Shown here: positions 49,606 to 58,581 of the stretch, piece by piece
How the letters are laid out: each line of letters opens with the position of its first letter
Numbering within the stretch: the stretch's first letter is position 1
Assembly: GCA_035510605.1 (NCBI GenBank)
Contig: DATKGW010000012.1
Location: 47,895 to 111,894 of the forward strand
From: Patescibacteria group bacterium
GTDB taxonomy: Bacteria; Patescibacteriota; Saccharimonadia; Saccharimonadales; CAIOMD01
Direction: 5' to 3'
DNA length: 64,000 nt
Program-made: the position numbers and the translations under genes
Notes under the pieces: generated by a model
Seen by the model: the letters and a program-made list of their open reading frames with translations, nothing else
Databases searched by the model: none
Told to the model about the DNA's origin: nothing

Positions 49606-50523
49606 ATGGCCGAAAAAGCTAAAAAGAAGAAGCTTAGTAAAAATGTTAAGAGGATAATCGGTGGAGTTGTAGTACTTTTAATAGTAATAATCGGCTTAAT
49701 CATTTTGTTTGGCAGCCCTAGTGCAAATACCGTTTTTAAAGATATGAATGATACCATGCTTAAAACCAAGTCCGTCACAGTTAACGAAACATATAAAGGC
49801 GGCTCAGGTACAGATGTAATCGATCTTAGCGCTACCACCTATATGAACATGATGAGCAGTACACAGTTACTGGCTAAGGGGAATTTTACGCTCGATTTAA
49901 CATCCAGCGGCACACCCATGACTGTTGATGCTGATTTTATCGCAACTGGCGGCGATAATTATATAAAGTTCAGCAAGTTGTCTTCGTCTGATGCCACATT
50001 GTCAGACAGTTTTAGCATGGTTGAATCTAAAATAAAGGGCACCTGGATAAAAGCCAAAGACGGTGATAGCTTTGCTTCTTTTGCCAAGTTCCCTACAGAA
50101 TCTTTATCCAGCGTTTTGCCAACGCCATTTGCCAACCTGACAGACGCGCAACGAAAAGATGTGCTATCAATACTCCAAGACAAAAGCACCTACACCATAG
50201 AAGAAAGCTCCAAGGTAGATGTCGGCGGTGTTTCTGCCTACAAATACGCCATTACCTACAATAAAGACCAATATGACAAAGTAGCCAAAGCCATAGCCGG
50301 ATATGTCAGCTATTTCAAATCAAGCAGCAGCGATAACAGCCAAATCAAATCCCTGACCGTATGGGTAAATATTAAGACCAAGCAAATCATAAAGATTGAA
50401 TTTACCGGCACCACAGACCAAGGAGATATTACCGGCACCATTGCGTTTTCCGGATATAACCAAAATATAGCTGTAGAAAAACCCAGCGACTACTCGATTG
50501 AGTCAGAACTGTTATCTAACTAA
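49606..50523 (+). CDS. Hypothetical membrane-anchored exported protein (LolA/LppX-like beta fold possible)
   Basis: Basic N-terminus plus TM; YIK..W; TVWVN..KQIIK..FSGYNQ..VEKP C-terminal pattern. Confidence 0.7.
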   Translation: MAEKAKKKKLSKNVKRIIGGVVVLLIVIIGLIILFGSPSANTVFKDMNDTMLKTKSVTVNETYKGGSGTDVIDLSATTYMNMMSSTQLLAKGNFTLDLTSSGTPMTVDADFIATGGDNYIKFSKLSSSDATLSDSFSMVESKIKGTWIKAKDGDSFASFAKFPTESLSSVLPTPFANLTDAQRKDVLSILQDKSTYTIEESSKVDVGGVSAYKYAITYNKDQYDKVAKAIAGYVSYFKSSSSDNSQIKSLTVWVNIKTKQIIKIEFTGTTDQGDITGTIAFSGYNQNIAVEKPSDYSIESELLSN

Positions 50524-50561
50524 GGCCACCCTTACTAGCACTAGATTGGCTAGAAGATTAT

Positions 50562-50618
50562 TATCGCTTTTCGGCCTTTTGACCTCGTCGGCATAAATAC
50601 ACATTTATGGAAGCGATA
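50562..50618 (-). ncRNA. Type III hammerhead ribozyme (variant core CCGACGA)
   Basis: Minus strand: TATCGCT-T-C / CATAAAT-GTGT-ATTTATG / CCGACGA / GGTC-AAAA-GGCC / GAAA / AGCGATA. All three stems pair; the core matches CUGANGA..GAAA..UH except U4C. Predicted cut 3' of C at 50610. Confidence 0.8.
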
Positions 50619-51071
50619 CAATTCATCCCCCGGGAGGGGGTGGGCTCACGAGGAGCCCCACCCCCCACTGAACTGCAGTTCTCTTTTGATAACGATTGCC
50701 ACACGGCCTTGGCCGGTTATCCGCCCAAAGAGTAGGCGCAGAATGCCCTTGAGTTCAGAAGATCTCCGCACGAGATGCCGATTAAACCGAATGTGCAAAA
50801 CGTACGGATTAGAGAGCCCGATAGACATGATTCCGCGGTCTCCAACCACAAAGTGGTTGAGGATTGCACGTAGCAATACGGAATCGCCCCGCTTAGGCTC
50901 GTAAACCTCGGCGGCTGTAGAAAACCACGGCCACCAGTCATTCTCTGTAAATGGCTCATTGGCTTCGACTGTCAGTTCTCCAATAAAGCGAGTGACACTA
51001 CGTGTCCGAAAATGAACCTCTACTTCGCTCAATGGCTCCACGGTCTTCTCCTTAATAGGGGGATGAATTGT
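50618..51071. repeat. Perfect 14-bp inverted repeat bracketing the 131-aa orphan ORF
   Basis: ACAATTCATCCCCC at 50618-50631 and GGGGGATGAATTGT at 51058-51071. Confidence 0.9.
50646..51041 (-). CDS. Orphan protein (131 aa) in the hammerhead-associated transcription unit
   Basis: GTG start with AAGGAGA SD 5 nt upstream; dedicated promoter; stop codon lies within a strong GC hairpin (50636-50665). Confidence 0.75.
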   Translation of the reverse strand: MEPLSEVEVHFRTRSVTRFIGELTVEANEPFTENDWWPWFSTAAEVYEPKRGDSVLLRAILNHFVVGDRGIMSIGLSNPYVLHIRFNRHLVRRSSELKGILRLLFGRITGQGRVAIVIKRELQFSGGWGSS

Positions 51072-51112
51072 CTTGGTACGTTCTGTGTAAAAACCTCACA
51101 GAAAACTGCTAT

Positions 51113-51141
51113 ATATTAGCATATTAGCTTTCCTTTGTCAA
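51113..51141 (-). promoter_or_regulatory. Sigma70-type promoter for the orphan/hammerhead unit
   Basis: TTGACA (51141-51136) -N17- TAATAT (51118-51113) with extended TG; predicted TSS near 51106. Confidence 0.75.
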
Positions 51142-51166
51142 TGGCCTATATTTGCAGATTACCTGT

Positions 51167-51877
51167 TTAATCGGCAGTGATGCTTAGGCTGCTGATGCTA
51201 CCTTCGCGGCTTATCCAACCGGCGCCCTCCAGGCTGACAAATTCAATGGTTTTTGGTTTTGGATTAAGAGTCATCAAATCAAAGGAATAACTAAAAGGTT
51301 CGTTTTGGGTGACCTTGACACCGTTGACTATGCCTGTACCACCGCTTGGGGCCATATAATAAAAGCCTCGCCAAAACATTTGCCCGGTAGCGGTAGGATC
51401 TTCGCCCAACAGGTTATGATCCACCCCTTTTGCGTCCTTGTAGGCAATGGCAACTGCCACAGGCGCTTCGCGGCCGTTTAGCCCGGTACCAGAAAGAGTT
51501 TGCAAATTGGCTGTGCCTTTTACTTTAATTATTACATTGCTAAAATCACTGACATCTTTATTAATATTAAACATGATGCCGCTGCGTGAGTTGGCCTGGA
51601 TGGCTTTAAATGTCACGCCGTTTGGCCCGGTGGTTACCTCGCCGCCGGAGCTTTTTGGTTGATACCAAACCTCTTCGTACCAGCTGCCCAAGCCGTTTAC
51701 AAATGTTGTTTGCGGCAATATAACTGTTGACCCCGTAGAAGTACTTGCCGAGTTGCTGTTAGCCGTTTGGCTGTTATTATCTTTTTTGTTAAAAACAAAA
51801 ACCCCAACCAAAATTGCGGCAATTATCACAACTACAATAATTAACCACCACATTTTTAGAAACTTTTTCTTTGCCAT
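51167..51877 (-). CDS. Hypothetical membrane-anchored protein with beta-sandwich (CBM-like) domain
   Basis: TM, S/T/N linker, aromatic-rich beta domain; GGAG SD. Confidence 0.7.
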   Translation of the reverse strand: MAKKKFLKMWWLIIVVVIIAAILVGVFVFNKKDNNSQTANSNSASTSTGSTVILPQTTFVNGLGSWYEEVWYQPKSSGGEVTTGPNGVTFKAIQANSRSGIMFNINKDVSDFSNVIIKVKGTANLQTLSGTGLNGREAPVAVAIAYKDAKGVDHNLLGEDPTATGQMFWRGFYYMAPSGGTGIVNGVKVTQNEPFSYSFDLMTLNPKPKTIEFVSLEGAGWISREGSISSLSITAD

Positions 51878-52014
51878 TTTGTAGCTCCCTTAGTTAAGTT
51901 TATTTTAATACAAATCTTATATTTTACGCAGAGCGAACCTACTTCCCCATATTTTGCTTATGCTTGCACACCATATTTATAGAGTTATACTTATCTAATC
52001 TAGAGGATATAAAA

Positions 52015-52896
52015 ATGGAGCGTAGCCCATCTTTTGAAGAAGTATATTTAAATTTGCGTAATTTGGGTGGATACCCACAAATTGATATAGATCCGCTCGC
52101 AACCCAACAAGAAAAAGAAACTGCGTTCATGAGCGAACCAAATATTCTTAGAGACTCGGTTGCAACAATTTTTAATAAATATGCCCTGCCCAGCAAATCA
52201 CGTGGAGTAACAAGCTTTTACACACCAAATGCCTGTATAAGTTTAAATATCATAGGCAAAGAATCGGTTAGTGGTGGTGAGATTGAATTATTTATAAGCC
52301 ATATAGCCGAAAAAAACGTATATGCAATTATTCGCCAGTTTAACGCTGATGGTAAGAAAAAACATTTGCCCATATATATTTTTCGGGGAAGTGGTGATAA
52401 AACTGAAATTTTTAGCCAAAAAGGTCAAAAACTTGAAACTGAAAATGAGCGGTATCTTCCCCGTTTAATCATTGATGGAATAAAGTGTTGGCATGAATAT
52501 CATGTTCGTTACATTGCAAATTCTGCCAAGCTAGACAAATTTTTTGCCTGGGATAAGGGTGCTATTAAAGATCCAGATTATTACGAATTCTACATCAAAT
52601 CTGCACATACAAATAATCCATACAAGGCAGTAAACACCGAAGTTATGCAGTACGGCGATGCGCTCGAAGAAGCAATGCAAGTGTATTATGATAATTGCCC
52701 CGAGGATAAACCGACTTACACAGGCAGTAATCCGTTAGAATTAGCCATAGTAGGTGCAATGTTTGGCAATGAATGTAAAGTATTACCCACCAAACCCCTT
52801 AAACCTTTATTTAGAGAGTTAACTACTTATGATAGTGATAGCCACTATTTGACACAGTTTAGACGTAATATGATTTGGCGTGACAGTATAAATTAG
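52015..52896 (+). CDS. Hypothetical protein
   Basis: Long ORF; start at ATG 52015 after GAGGA, with upstream TTGCAC-N16-TATACT. Confidence 0.7.
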   Translation: MERSPSFEEVYLNLRNLGGYPQIDIDPLATQQEKETAFMSEPNILRDSVATIFNKYALPSKSRGVTSFYTPNACISLNIIGKESVSGGEIELFISHIAEKNVYAIIRQFNADGKKKHLPIYIFRGSGDKTEIFSQKGQKLETENERYLPRLIIDGIKCWHEYHVRYIANSAKLDKFFAWDKGAIKDPDYYEFYIKSAHTNNPYKAVNTEVMQYGDALEEAMQVYYDNCPEDKPTYTGSNPLELAIVGAMFGNECKVLPTKPLKPLFRELTTYDSDSHYLTQFRRNMIWRDSIN

Positions 52897-52973
52897 CTAT
52901 AAGCTAATAACCTTTCGATATTTAAGCCCATACTTTTACTTTATTAGGATTATCCGTGGTTTATTGCGCCTGG

Positions 52974-53489
52974 CTATCTAGAACGGTTAATTGCAACAAT
53001 TAAGGGTTTACGTAAAATGTGGTTCATCCGGCCGATGATTTTATTTAGTACATTTTCGGCTTTTTTGTAGTCGGTAATATAAATAGACGACCCGTCTGAA
53101 AAAGTTGCCTGGCTATTACTTCTGCCATTATGCATGTGTGACCTATGTATGCTTATAAGTTCTCCTTCCGCAGAGATAGCAAGCATGGTTGAGCCGTCTT
53201 TTTCGTGGTTGTGATAGTGGTCGTGCTCGTATAAAGCCCAACCCAAACGTTCATTGGGGCGATTCAATGCATTGTTGACGGCAATTTTTATAGGGTTTGT
53301 TTCTTTATGCAGTACTTGGGGTTCTTGAGCAAGCGGTGTTTGCTCTGCGTCATTGTAAAGTTCATAAAAATTTTCGGTTATAAATGCCAAGCTAGAACTA
53401 AACCAAGCCCGGCTAGCATAAAATTCATCATCTCGTTGTGGAATTTCTATAAATTCTTTTGCATCTGTACGCGGTATAAACTCTGCCAT
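52974..53489 (-). CDS. Hypothetical protein with His-rich segment
   Basis: GAGGT upstream of ATG 53489; HDHYHNHE and HRSHMH segments. Confidence 0.6.
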   Translation of the reverse strand: MAEFIPRTDAKEFIEIPQRDDEFYASRAWFSSSLAFITENFYELYNDAEQTPLAQEPQVLHKETNPIKIAVNNALNRPNERLGWALYEHDHYHNHEKDGSTMLAISAEGELISIHRSHMHNGRSNSQATFSDGSSIYITDYKKAENVLNKIIGRMNHILRKPLIVAINRSR

Positions 53490-53582
53490 TTGTATATTTA
53501 CCTCATTCAAGATATATATAATAAAATTTTGTGCGCCTTATGTCAATCTGAATATATTTTATGGGACATATTTACCCAAAAT

Positions 53583-54230
53583 TTATTTGACCAACTCTAC
53601 TAGGCTGCTAATAGCTAAAGATCCGGCTTTTTTAAATTGTTGCCTGGTTAAAAGCCCGGTTTCTACACCAACAAAATTAAAACCTGCACCAATAGCAGCC
53701 TCTCTGTCGAGCAAGCCATCGCCAACGTATAAAACCTCGCTTGTATTTATACTGTGGTTGCCGAGCCATCTAATTGCCGGCTCAAAAACTCTTGGGTCTG
53801 GCTTATGATAAGCTGTGCTTTCTTGGGTCTGGGTATAATCCAGCAATGCTCTAGGAATACCAAGAACATCCAAATCGTGGTCGAAGCTAAATTTAGCCGT
53901 AGAAGTCACGACACCTAATTTAAGCCCCATCTCTTGTAATGTTTGCAGGGTTTCTATAGTACCCTCTAATAATTGCTTGGGGTATTCTTTGTGACATTCC
54001 AGAACGTGTTGTTCGGCTAAGTCCACATCATCCGTTTCGTAAAAAATTTTATATAACTCATTTAGCGGCATACCCCAGTGTTTGCGAATTTTTTCATCAG
54101 TTAATTCGATGTTGTACCATTTTTTGGCAACATATTTATGCTGGGCCGATTTGGCTATATATGTACCAACTAAAGTGTCATCGTGGTCAAAAAAGATGGC
54201 TTTAGTATTTACAGGGATAATTTCGCTCAT
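53583..54230 (-). CDS. HAD-superfamily hydrolase (phosphatase)
   Basis: FFDHDDTL, VVTS, HKPDP, YVGDGLLD. Confidence 0.9.
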   Translation of the reverse strand: MSEIIPVNTKAIFFDHDDTLVGTYIAKSAQHKYVAKKWYNIELTDEKIRKHWGMPLNELYKIFYETDDVDLAEQHVLECHKEYPKQLLEGTIETLQTLQEMGLKLGVVTSTAKFSFDHDLDVLGIPRALLDYTQTQESTAYHKPDPRVFEPAIRWLGNHSINTSEVLYVGDGLLDREAAIGAGFNFVGVETGLLTRQQFKKAGSLAISSLVELVK

Positions 54231-54337
54231 CCAAACAATTTTGCTTTAAGGCGTTGCCATATGCAAGCATGAGCATAATAATATTTTTTGGTTTTCGCTT
54301 CTAATTAAGGCTGGTTACTTTTTCGTCATCAAAATCT

Positions 54338-54811
54338 CTAATGTGTGAAGATTAGAATCAAAACAGCTAACATCAAAAACATAACCGTGCATAAGGCTTC
54401 GAATTGCAAACCCCATGTTATTAGCGGTCCGAATTTATGTATCCGGCCAGTATAAGTCACAATACCACCCCTGACTTTCTGATAACCATAAACGTCCATA
54501 TAGACCAGAGTAAGCTTATACTCCATTCTTTCAGCAACCCCCTTTGACTTTATACCAAGATCCCTAATTTCAACTGTTTCAATTGGGTGATGCTGTTTTG
54601 TCCAACAAGCACCTTTTGATTTATAATGTGCATCAATCCTGGTATACGGATTTTTACTAGCCGTTAAACCAACATAATATTTATCATCTTGTAGCTTTAA
54701 TGCATATAGCCAATAGTGATTGATCGGATCATCTTTTCGGCTTTGCAATTTGGTTTCTATGCTCGCACGAACGGTTAATGGATTAACAATAGTTAAGTCA
54801 AAGCTGCTCAT
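54338..54811 (-). CDS. GIY-YIG nuclease domain protein with hydrophobic C-terminus
   Basis: WLYALKLQDDKYYVGLT, RIDAH, GACWTK, E..LT..YM..YG..KVRGG; C-terminal TM-like stretch. Confidence 0.8.
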   Translation of the reverse strand: MSSFDLTIVNPLTVRASIETKLQSRKDDPINHYWLYALKLQDDKYYVGLTASKNPYTRIDAHYKSKGACWTKQHHPIETVEIRDLGIKSKGVAERMEYKLTLVYMDVYGYQKVRGGIVTYTGRIHKFGPLITWGLQFEALCTVMFLMLAVLILIFTH

Positions 54812-54883
54812 ATTTCAAATCTTAACACAAAAGTCTATACCGTTAACTACTATAGAAATGCTAGATGTTATACTTTTTGTACA

Positions 54884-55552
54884 ATGCTAGAGCACCATAT
54901 TCAAAAATCAATTGTCTACAAGTTGGCTTTTAACGAGGCTCTGCGTTTTAGCGAGCTAAAACCGGCTGATCTGGATAACAAACTGTTTAATTACCATCTT
55001 AAATTAGTCATAAATGCCGGGTTGGTTAAAAAAGACGAAAACGGCTTATACAGCCTAACCGCCGAAGGCCGCCGAGTTGGCGTAGGCGTGCTGGATAAAC
55101 AGTTTACAGCACTAGATAGGGCCCATTCGGTTTTATTTTTAATCATCCGGCAAAAAAGCGATAAAGCTTGGCTGCTTTTTAAGCGCAAAACTCATCCATT
55201 GCTTGGCGATGTAGGTTTTATGCACGTAAACCCCATTGCCACCGAGGATGTTTTTAAAACCGCTCAAGATAGGTTACTGGCAAAAACCAACCTGACCGCC
55301 AGTTTCAAATATTTGGGCAGTGGCTACTTTAAGATTTTTGAAAACGACGATCTAGAAAGCTACACCCACTTTACCACTCTAGTTGCAGAAGATGCACAAG
55401 GCGAGCTTAAGCAAAACAACGACAAGGGCGAATATTTTTGGCAAGCGGATATAAAAACTATTAAAGATGAGCTTTTACCGACAGCTTTAACGCTGGTTGA
55501 GCAATACGAAAAAGGCCAGCCATTTTTTATCGAGCGGACATTTAACCTTTAA
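54884..55552 (+). CDS. Winged-HTH plus Nudix-like fusion protein
   Basis: LRFSELKP..FNYHLK.V..GLV.K..YSLT.EG wHTH; C-terminal Nudix-like fold with degenerate box. Confidence 0.75.
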   Translation: MLEHHIQKSIVYKLAFNEALRFSELKPADLDNKLFNYHLKLVINAGLVKKDENGLYSLTAEGRRVGVGVLDKQFTALDRAHSVLFLIIRQKSDKAWLLFKRKTHPLLGDVGFMHVNPIATEDVFKTAQDRLLAKTNLTASFKYLGSGYFKIFENDDLESYTHFTTLVAEDAQGELKQNNDKGEYFWQADIKTIKDELLPTALTLVEQYEKGQPFFIERTFNL

Positions 55553-56328
55553 AATTCTATAGCTTGTTCTAATGCTTCGTAAGATACATCCGGCGCATGG
55601 CGGCGCCAATATACAGAGAGTGGGCTGTCTTTATCACTTAGCTGCGCCAAAGTCGGGTTGGAGCCGACTTGCAGGTGCAGAGTGCGCGAATCTTCTAATA
55701 GTTCCAAGGCACTCTGCCTGGCAACCAATTGTTTAAGGGCCGGATCCTCAAAATAAGCGATTACCTCGGCATGGGGCGCATTGGCCAGTACCAGTGCTGC
55801 ACTACCAAGCGTGGCGCCGATGATTTTTTTGTGCTTTACATATAGCTTGCGTTTTTCGTGGCCGTCTTTAACCAGATTGGCCGCAGATCTTTCGGCGGTA
55901 GATATTTGGCCGGCTGCCAAGCCAATTAAGTTTGGTGTGGTTATTTCTTGCCCTAAATCTTCGTAGGCCTGCAACGACAAGGTGCGGCGCATTACGTTTT
56001 TGGCGCCAGCGGCATAGTTGTACCAGGCGGTATTTATGGCCGAGGCACCTAATGTTCTGGTGACGAACATGGTATCTTCCTCTGCCTGCATAATTTCTAG
56101 GATGTTTTTAGCAATTTTGATGCCCGTAGCTTGCATCTCGGCCATTAGCACACCCGATACCAGACGTTTACGACGCTCGATTTCACCGGCTTCGCGAGCT
56201 TTAGGCGACACGTAATGGTTGCCCTCGCCCGCTAAATGTTTTACCGGTAAGTCGAATTGTTTAAATGCTTTCATAACTGCAATATTAGGCTTTGCATAAG
56301 CCAAAAGCAGTGAAGACATTTTCACCAA
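55549..56328 (-). CDS. Hypothetical protein
   Basis: 259-aa helical ORF; start uncertain. Confidence 0.7.
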   Translation of the reverse strand: MVKMSSLLLAYAKPNIAVMKAFKQFDLPVKHLAGEGNHYVSPKAREAGEIERRKRLVSGVLMAEMQATGIKIAKNILEIMQAEEDTMFVTRTLGASAINTAWYNYAAGAKNVMRRTLSLQAYEDLGQEITTPNLIGLAAGQISTAERSAANLVKDGHEKRKLYVKHKKIIGATLGSAALVLANAPHAEVIAYFEDPALKQLVARQSALELLEDSRTLHLQVGSNPTLAQLSDKDSPLSVYWRRHAPDVSYEALEQAIEF

Positions 56329-56351
56329 GAATCAGAGTGACGAATATTTAA

Positions 56352-57116
56352 TTACTTAAATGTTACAAAATATGAGATTGTAAAACTGATAACATTTAAG
56401 AGGAAACTTAAAGCTAGCATACCCACCAGTTTGTGTTGTCTTTTTAAGAATAAATAGTAAATGAGGGCTTCGAAGATTACTATCAAAATCTCGGCAGTTA
56501 ACAAGTTAAAAATTGTAGTAAAGCCAAAACGCTCAACAACATAAGTGTAAAGCGGCACAGAGATAACATTTGCCAATAAGCCGGCAGCTAATAATTTTTT
56601 TGGCATTTTTTTAAATAATACGAGCAAAGCGATTATTGCTAATTCTGCCGCTACTGTCACCAACGTGTTTTTTAAGATCACGCTTATCGGCACGGTTTTT
56701 TGAGTGCTAGCCACAATATGGCTAATATCAACAGATATACCATTGCCAGAGATATATACAATATAGGTCGAGTTAAAACCTTTTGTTTTAAAAGTGTTAC
56801 TAAAATATTTTTTACCATTCATTTTTAATAACAACTGATGATAATCACTATAACCGTAGGCCAAAGATGTACATATATTGGCATTTTCGCAATCAAAATG
56901 TTGCGGACCGATAATTGTTAGTGGATGGCTCTTGTTACACTGCGAATCGTCGCATTCGTATTGCTGTAAAGACACTTTTGACTGGTTTATTGTACCAATA
57001 TATTGGAGGTTAAAACTCATTTCAGGCTTTGGCCCTATATCTGCATGGGCAAAGCTAGAAAAAACAAGGATAATGCCAGTTACCACTATTAAATTTAGAA
57101 ATGTTTTTTTGAGCAT
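56352..57116 (-). CDS. Hypothetical membrane protein (signal peptide, Cys-containing ectodomain, 4 C-terminal TMs)
   Basis: AHA-D signal cleavage, four Cys, LLANVIS..EILIVIFEAL TM bundle. Confidence 0.75.
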   Translation of the reverse strand: MLKKTFLNLIVVTGIILVFSSFAHADIGPKPEMSFNLQYIGTINQSKVSLQQYECDDSQCNKSHPLTIIGPQHFDCENANICTSLAYGYSDYHQLLLKMNGKKYFSNTFKTKGFNSTYIVYISGNGISVDISHIVASTQKTVPISVILKNTLVTVAAELAIIALLVLFKKMPKKLLAAGLLANVISVPLYTYVVERFGFTTIFNLLTAEILIVIFEALIYYLFLKRQHKLVGMLALSFLLNVISFTISYFVTFK

Positions 57117-57127
57117 TTAATTTAATT

Positions 57128-57478
57128 TTACTCTTGATTTTCTGGTTTCAGTATATGCCTGGCTAAGAGATGCTCAAACGGCTCGGTGGCCTCTGCCAAA
57201 GTTTCGTCATTAAGCTCAAAATTCGATATTTTCTGGTTTGCTTCTTCGGCTATTTGCCCAAAAGCATTTTTGATATCTTCATCTGTAACCCGCTTTTTGT
57301 ATGGCAAATCGGCTAGAGCATTAAACCTCAAACCGGCATATACGCCGCTTATATTATTATGATCCATATAAGCCTCTTTAATTTGGCTATTGAGCCAATC
57401 TATCTTGGCCCTTGTCTGATCTAAAAGCTCTTGCTGGTTGTGGGGTGTTTCTTCTGGTAAATGAAACTTTTCATCCAT
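57128..57478 (-). CDS. Hypothetical protein
   Basis: 116-aa acidic ORF directly downstream of rmuC. Confidence 0.6.
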   Translation of the reverse strand: MDEKFHLPEETPHNQQELLDQTRAKIDWLNSQIKEAYMDHNNISGVYAGLRFNALADLPYKKRVTDEDIKNAFGQIAEEANQKISNFELNDETLAEATEPFEHLLARHILKPENQE

Positions 57479-57492
57479 CCTAGTAATTTCCT

Positions 57493-58581
57493 CTAATCGT
57501 CGGTTTGGGGTTTGTCGACAAGTAGCGGTTCGATGGCCGGGCTGGTGCCGGCAATTTTTAGCACGTCTTTATCGACTTTTTTAAGTTCTTTGTGGGCACT
57601 ATTAAAGTGGCCGACAGTGGTACCCAAACTGCCGCCCAATTTTTGCATAAATGAATCATACCGGCTGAGATGTTCGCCCAGCATGCCAACCCTGATTTGG
57701 ATCTCTTTGGCCTGCTCTTCTATCTGTAAGCTGCGCAAGCCCTGCAAAACCGTTTGCAGGTAAGCCATAAAGCTCGTCGGGCTGACGATTATGACTTTTT
57801 TATCCCTAAAGGCGTATTCTATTAAATCGCGCGAGCTGGTGCTGGTGGCACCGACTTTGTTAATCAATAGATCATAATAAATCGCTTCGCTGGGGATGAA
57901 CATAAAGGCAAAATCCATGGTGCCCTCGGCCGGGCGGATATATTTGGCAGTTTCGTCGATGCGATTTTTAAGATCGGCCTTAAAAGCTTTGATTAGCGTA
58001 TCACGCGGCGCTTTGGATTTTTCTTCTATGATGCGGTTGTAGTTTTCGAGGCTGAATTTGGAATCGACTGGCAAGAGCTTGTTTTTGTCTAGTACGATTA
58101 CGGCATCGACTATTTCACCATCTTTAAAACGGTGTTGCAGATGAAACCTTTCCGGCGGTAAGACGTTTTCTAGCACGCTTTGCAAATAATATTCACCCAA
58201 GACACCACGCTGCTTGGGGTTTTGCAGCACGTTTTGCAAAGTTTTAAGCTCATCGGCCACATCCACCACCCGGCGGTTGGTTTCGTCCAGTTTGGCCAGG
58301 CGCTGGGTGACATCGGTGATTAGTTTGGCACTTTCGCTAAACTGCTTGGCGATAGAATCGCGCATCATAGCCTGGCTTTTATCCAGCCGCTGATTAACAG
58401 ATAGGTTTAGGCTGTCTTTGAGCTTTTCTATATTATCGCTTAGGTTGGTCATGTCCTGCTTGATGAGTCCGGCGGCAGTATCGTTTTTTAGGTTGCCGAT
58501 TTTTTGCGACAAATAGTAAACGGTAAAGCCCAAACCGATGACCACCACACCCAGTACTACCAATAAAATCACATTTGTCAT
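57493..58581 (-). CDS. rmuC: DNA recombination protein RmuC
   Basis: TM plus coiled coil, RGVLGE, PVDSKF, KYI..T.DFAFMFIPSEAIY, IVSPTS. Confidence 0.93.
   Translation of the reverse strand: MTNVILLVVLGVVVIGLGFTVYYLSQKIGNLKNDTAAGLIKQDMTNLSDNIEKLKDSLNLSVNQRLDKSQAMMRDSIAKQFSESAKLITDVTQRLAKLDETNRRVVDVADELKTLQNVLQNPKQRGVLGEYYLQSVLENVLPPERFHLQHRFKDGEIVDAVIVLDKNKLLPVDSKFSLENYNRIIEEKSKAPRDTLIKAFKADLKNRIDETAKYIRPAEGTMDFAFMFIPSEAIYYDLLINKVGATSTSSRDLIEYAFRDKKVIIVSPTSFMAYLQTVLQGLRSLQIEEQAKEIQIRVGMLGEHLSRYDSFMQKLGGSLGTTVGHFNSAHKELKKVDKDVLKIAGTSPAIEPLLVDKPQTDD

Noticed and set aside
50618-51071. MITE or IS interpretation of the 14-bp inverted repeats
   Set aside because: No target-site duplication, the ORF has no transposase motifs, and both arms lie inside the predicted transcript, which fits RNA pairing better.
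51072-51110. A second ribozyme at the 5' end of the hammerhead unit, which would give a retrozyme-like monomer
   Set aside because: Only a simple hairpin is present; no complete CUGANGA/GAAA core with three stems.
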